Assembly: GCF_018143015.1 (NCBI RefSeq)
Contig: NC_054743.1
Location: forward strand, 35,339,243-35,403,242
Direction of reading: 5' to 3'
From: Lytechinus variegatus
Taxonomy: Eukaryota
Length of the DNA: 64,000 bases
Of this stretch, positions 60,512-64,000 are shown piece by piece; position 1 is the stretch's first letter, and each line of letters begins with the position of its first letter. Under the pieces are notes generated by a model. The model had not been told where the DNA came from. It did no database searches and saw only the letters and a program-made list of their open reading frames with translations. The position numbers and the translations under genes are program-made.

Positions 60512-62339
60512 CCTGAATGATCAGTGGTGAAACCTAAAGCGCACAAAAAAAAAATAAAAACAATAATTACAATGTATGCAACAGCAAGGAACTGTTAATC
60601 CTTCAAACTGTTATTACTAGGTGAAAAACATCAAATTTTTTCCATTCTACTTCTACCTACTCTTCCTTCTCTTTTGTCCTCCATCTCCTTCTCCCCTTAA
60701 TTCTTCTTGTTCTCCATTATGGTTTCTCTCTGGGGGGCATTTCACAGATTTAAGTATGAATTAGAGTTGCACTTAAATGCAGATGTACCTATATGATATG
60801 CAAAGTGCAATCTCATTAGTATAAGTAATCATCCGCTTCATTTTGGCATGATCTGACCAATGCAGTCATGCATTTTATACACATGCAACCACAGTGTAGG
60901 CATTTTCAAACTTATATTTTTAAATCTTTGTGAACCCCCCCCCCCCCCCGCAGGTTTGACGAGAGCACCAGATGCAGGAAATAAAAGTCAATTTAAGCAA
61001 CATCACACTGCATCATACTGTAAGTGTTATTTACATTAACAATGTCAATATTCTGCCTTTTCAGCATTAGATATGTTTAAAGCAAAAGCAATAGATCTAG
61101 ACCTACATTTATTGTTTTAGACCATATGAGAGGTTATGAGCCTGATGACAACTAACTCTTTACTTTTTCTTTGGACATTTCGACTAAGCATCTCAAGCTT
61201 AATAATTGGCCAGTTTATTATGGCAATTAACATCTGGGGGATTCTGAAAAGTGTCATAAGTTTCCTTATAAGTTACCCATTCAATGGAGTGCTAATGGAC
61301 CTCCAAATTTGTATTCTGAAAACTCTATTAGCGCTCAATTAACTCATTTTAGGCCACGCCCCTACTGAGCAAAATTGGCCAATCAAATATGCTTTTACAA
61401 CATAAATTTTCTACTAGCGCACAGTGTCTCTTCACTTTGTTGGCTTGCATGAAGGGCCCAGTTGCTGCAGGTGCACTGCGCCATGATCTGTTAAGAGAAT
61501 TTTTGCTGAAAAATACATGTACATGTAATGCTGAAGTTTTTGCATCAGAGATGTCTTTTCACTTTCTCTCTTTCTTGTACCTTGTTGCTTTAATTTTTTT
61601 TTTGAATGCATCTATTTGAATCAATTTGTAGCTTTCTTTTTTTTTTACAATATTTTATTTGCCTTTGTCTTGGGGCCTGGCTCAGGGAAGGGAGATTCTT
61701 CTATAACATTCATTCCTGCCTATTTTGAAAATAACATACGTATTGCACCCCTGCCAAATAAAGAAAGGGGCACTTAAGTGACATTTCAAAATACCAAAAT
61801 GCTAATTGTCTGCAAATTTGAGCTTTCAGAATACCACCCCAGGGTTCTAAGACCCGGGGGGGGGGGGTTGGCACTCAATATATAAATCATAGTGGGTATG
61901 TGCCACGGAGGGGACCCCATTTTTACACTCAAATTTTTGTTCCAAGGCATAGCATTTTTGTCTTATTGAGAAAATGCACAAAGTAAGCCGCTCCAAAGCA
62001 TAGCATTTTCTTCTTATCAAGGAAAAAGAAGAAAGTTCCGTAACGCTGTTCCGGCTGTATTGATCTGCTACAATGAGCCGCAATTTGGTGAAAAGCAGCC
62101 GCAAAGCGATGTCAGACCATCGCATCTGCGCTAGCGCACCCATGCCACCGGGCTAGCTGCATGTACGTATGCCCGTTCCATAGGGATGAATACGCAAACA
62201 CACGCAGGCGACCCGTTCCAAGGACCCCCGTTTTCACAAACATTTGTCGTTCCAAAACCCGTTCCGAGGACCCTCCTTTTTACTATAAGCCCGCTCCAAG
62301 CAAGGCCCCCGTTTTTTGTCTCGCCCGCGGCACACCCAC

Positions 62340-62356
62340 ACCACTTTTTTGGTCAA

Positions 62357-62393
<37 letters not shown>

Positions 62394-62398
62394 GGTCT
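62340..62398. repeat. poly-C homopolymer (about 40 C) within a C/G-run-rich region (G10 at 61855, C-runs at 62270-62340)
   Basis: Directly visible. Confidence 0.9.
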
Positions 62399-62399
62399 A

Positions 62400-62765
62400 A
62401 GACTAACGTCAGATTTCCATTAGGATGTCAAAATAAAGTAACGAAAACAAAATGTGTCAAATATACATTGAGGAAATGCATAGGTAAAAAGCAATCTCAA
62501 GACACAAAAATTGGGACAGTTCAAAATTCAGCCTTTTTAACTATTTTCGACTAATAAAATCTAACAATAATTGTTAAGCACAGGCCTACATCTAAAAGTA
62601 GGTAAAATTGGCTAGGCCTAGTTTACAAATAGCAATTAACTAAGACTAAATCAAGTTGTCAAGATTCAAGGAGGATGTCAAAATAAAACAAACAAAATTT
62701 GTCAAATATAAATTGAATTTAAGGAAATGCATGGGTTAACAGCAATCTCAATACAATAGACGAAA
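62400..62765. repeat. two tandem copies of a unit of about 250 bp (gatgtcaaaataaa..aacaaaat.tgtcaaatata.attga..aaggaaatgcat.ggt.aa.agcaatctcaa.aca)
   Basis: Collinear similarity 62420-62520 versus 62670-62760. Confidence 0.6.
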
Positions 62766-64000
62766 ATGGGACTCAGGAGTTGGCCTGTGTTTGATTGATT
62801 TTTTTTCAGTCTGCAAGACTCAGAACTCATAAGACTTTTGCCTTTTCACAGTCTCAGTCACAGACAAGAAAGTCAAGAGGTGGAGGTGGGCTAGATCAAT
62901 ATAATAATGTGAAAACAATAAACTTACACACCTTTCTTGTCTGGCACCAAGCTCGCTCAGTTAACCGCGGGGCCTAAGCTTCCAAGCTCGCTCTCATCGG
63001 GGGAACAATGTCATAACCATCGGGGTCTGCAGCGGTGACCGACCGGATGGGTTGCGATGGGTGGCCGCTCAGCTAAAGCCAAGGCCTAACGTTGGTATTG
63101 GTAAACGGTGTATTTTGGGGGAGTTGTACTTCCGTACTTAATGTAGCTCTGTAGAAACTTGTAAGTTAACCCTTGGTACCGGTACAACATAAAAAGTTGA
63201 CGTGGAATCCACTTAAAATGGGGAGACTCAGCTCAACCAACAACGATTCTCCGCTTGTCATGTCGATCGTGTGATCAAAATAATAATGACCTCATACAAG
63301 GTACGTTTCTAAAAATAGAAAATGACGACATAAAAATAAGGAAGTTGAGGCCAAAAAGTTAGTGGGTAGGAGTGATGTGACTGAATAAAAGTAGTAGAGG
63401 TTTTAAAAATAACAATTAAGCAAGATCGGGTGTGATAATGAGGAAAGTAATGCCACAGCATCGCTTAATTGCAGCACAGGTGATATGACAGGCCTATATT
63501 ATAAAGTATCAAAATAACATTAAACCTAACCTTTCAAAGAAACCAAGCACTATCTCACTGAATATAATCATAAATCACACATAGGTTTCAATTGGTAATA
63601 GTAAAATGCCATAATTCCATTAAAAATACGTTTTAAAAGAAAACGGAGCATAGCTCAGAAACGGAATTTTAATTATCCTTGTTGTGTGTGTATTGACTTC
63701 ACACGAAGATCAATTTATATAAAATAGAAACTAGAAATATATATTATTGACATATTTGTCAAAACAAACGTTGAATTGTTTTTTTTTATCGATAGGCGCT
63801 AAATACAGGGCACTGGGAACGATTTCTTAACAGGGGATGCTGGTTTAAATTTGATGAGCAAACAAAAAGGGGGGATTGCTACAAAATAAAGGTCATTTTG
63901 GTCAAGAGAAATATAACAATCATAAAAACACAAAGTGAAGGTGCTTTTGGTTCAATTTTTGCTATTCAGCTTAGGTCTACACTGTTTAAAGAAAAACCTG

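Overview
This 64-kb window is repeat-rich metazoan nuclear DNA. It is not a prokaryotic locus: it has SINEs, MITEs, LINE 3' tails, micro- and minisatellites, and canonical GT-AG introns. Its dominant content is one large minus-strand gene that I identify as a PARP4 (vault poly-ADP-ribose polymerase) orthologue. The ATG lies at 60511 (minus) and the coding exons run in human-PARP4 order down the window: N-terminus, BRCT, WGR-like, PARP helical and catalytic domains, VIT, vWA, the post-vWA ITIH-like region, then a single 3294-bp low-complexity exon (19508-22801). Further charged phase-0 exons at 3677-15013 on the same strand plausibly continue the same transcription unit. I could place about 30 exons with splice sites and phase. 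Three places show exon phases that imply exons I did not find. The observations I rate most worth follow-up are listed next. (a) Exon-intron junction pieces of PARP4 are tandemly duplicated three separate times (39360-41300, 45450-45810, 53955-54165), some copies keeping splice consensus. (b) The giant exon combines poly-Pro blocks, RNA-pol-II-CTD-like YSPTSPA heptads and about 20 FG-type SQGxxFGGQ repeats, and contains a perfect in-frame 180-bp duplication. (c) A symmetric duplicated exon-pair cassette lies at 6996-12592. I see no bacterial-style operon, CRISPR or defence island. All tandem repeats here are micro- or minisatellites or exon-fragment duplications. Everything is read by eye from the sequence and from remembered PARP1 and PARP4 protein features. 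No database search was run.
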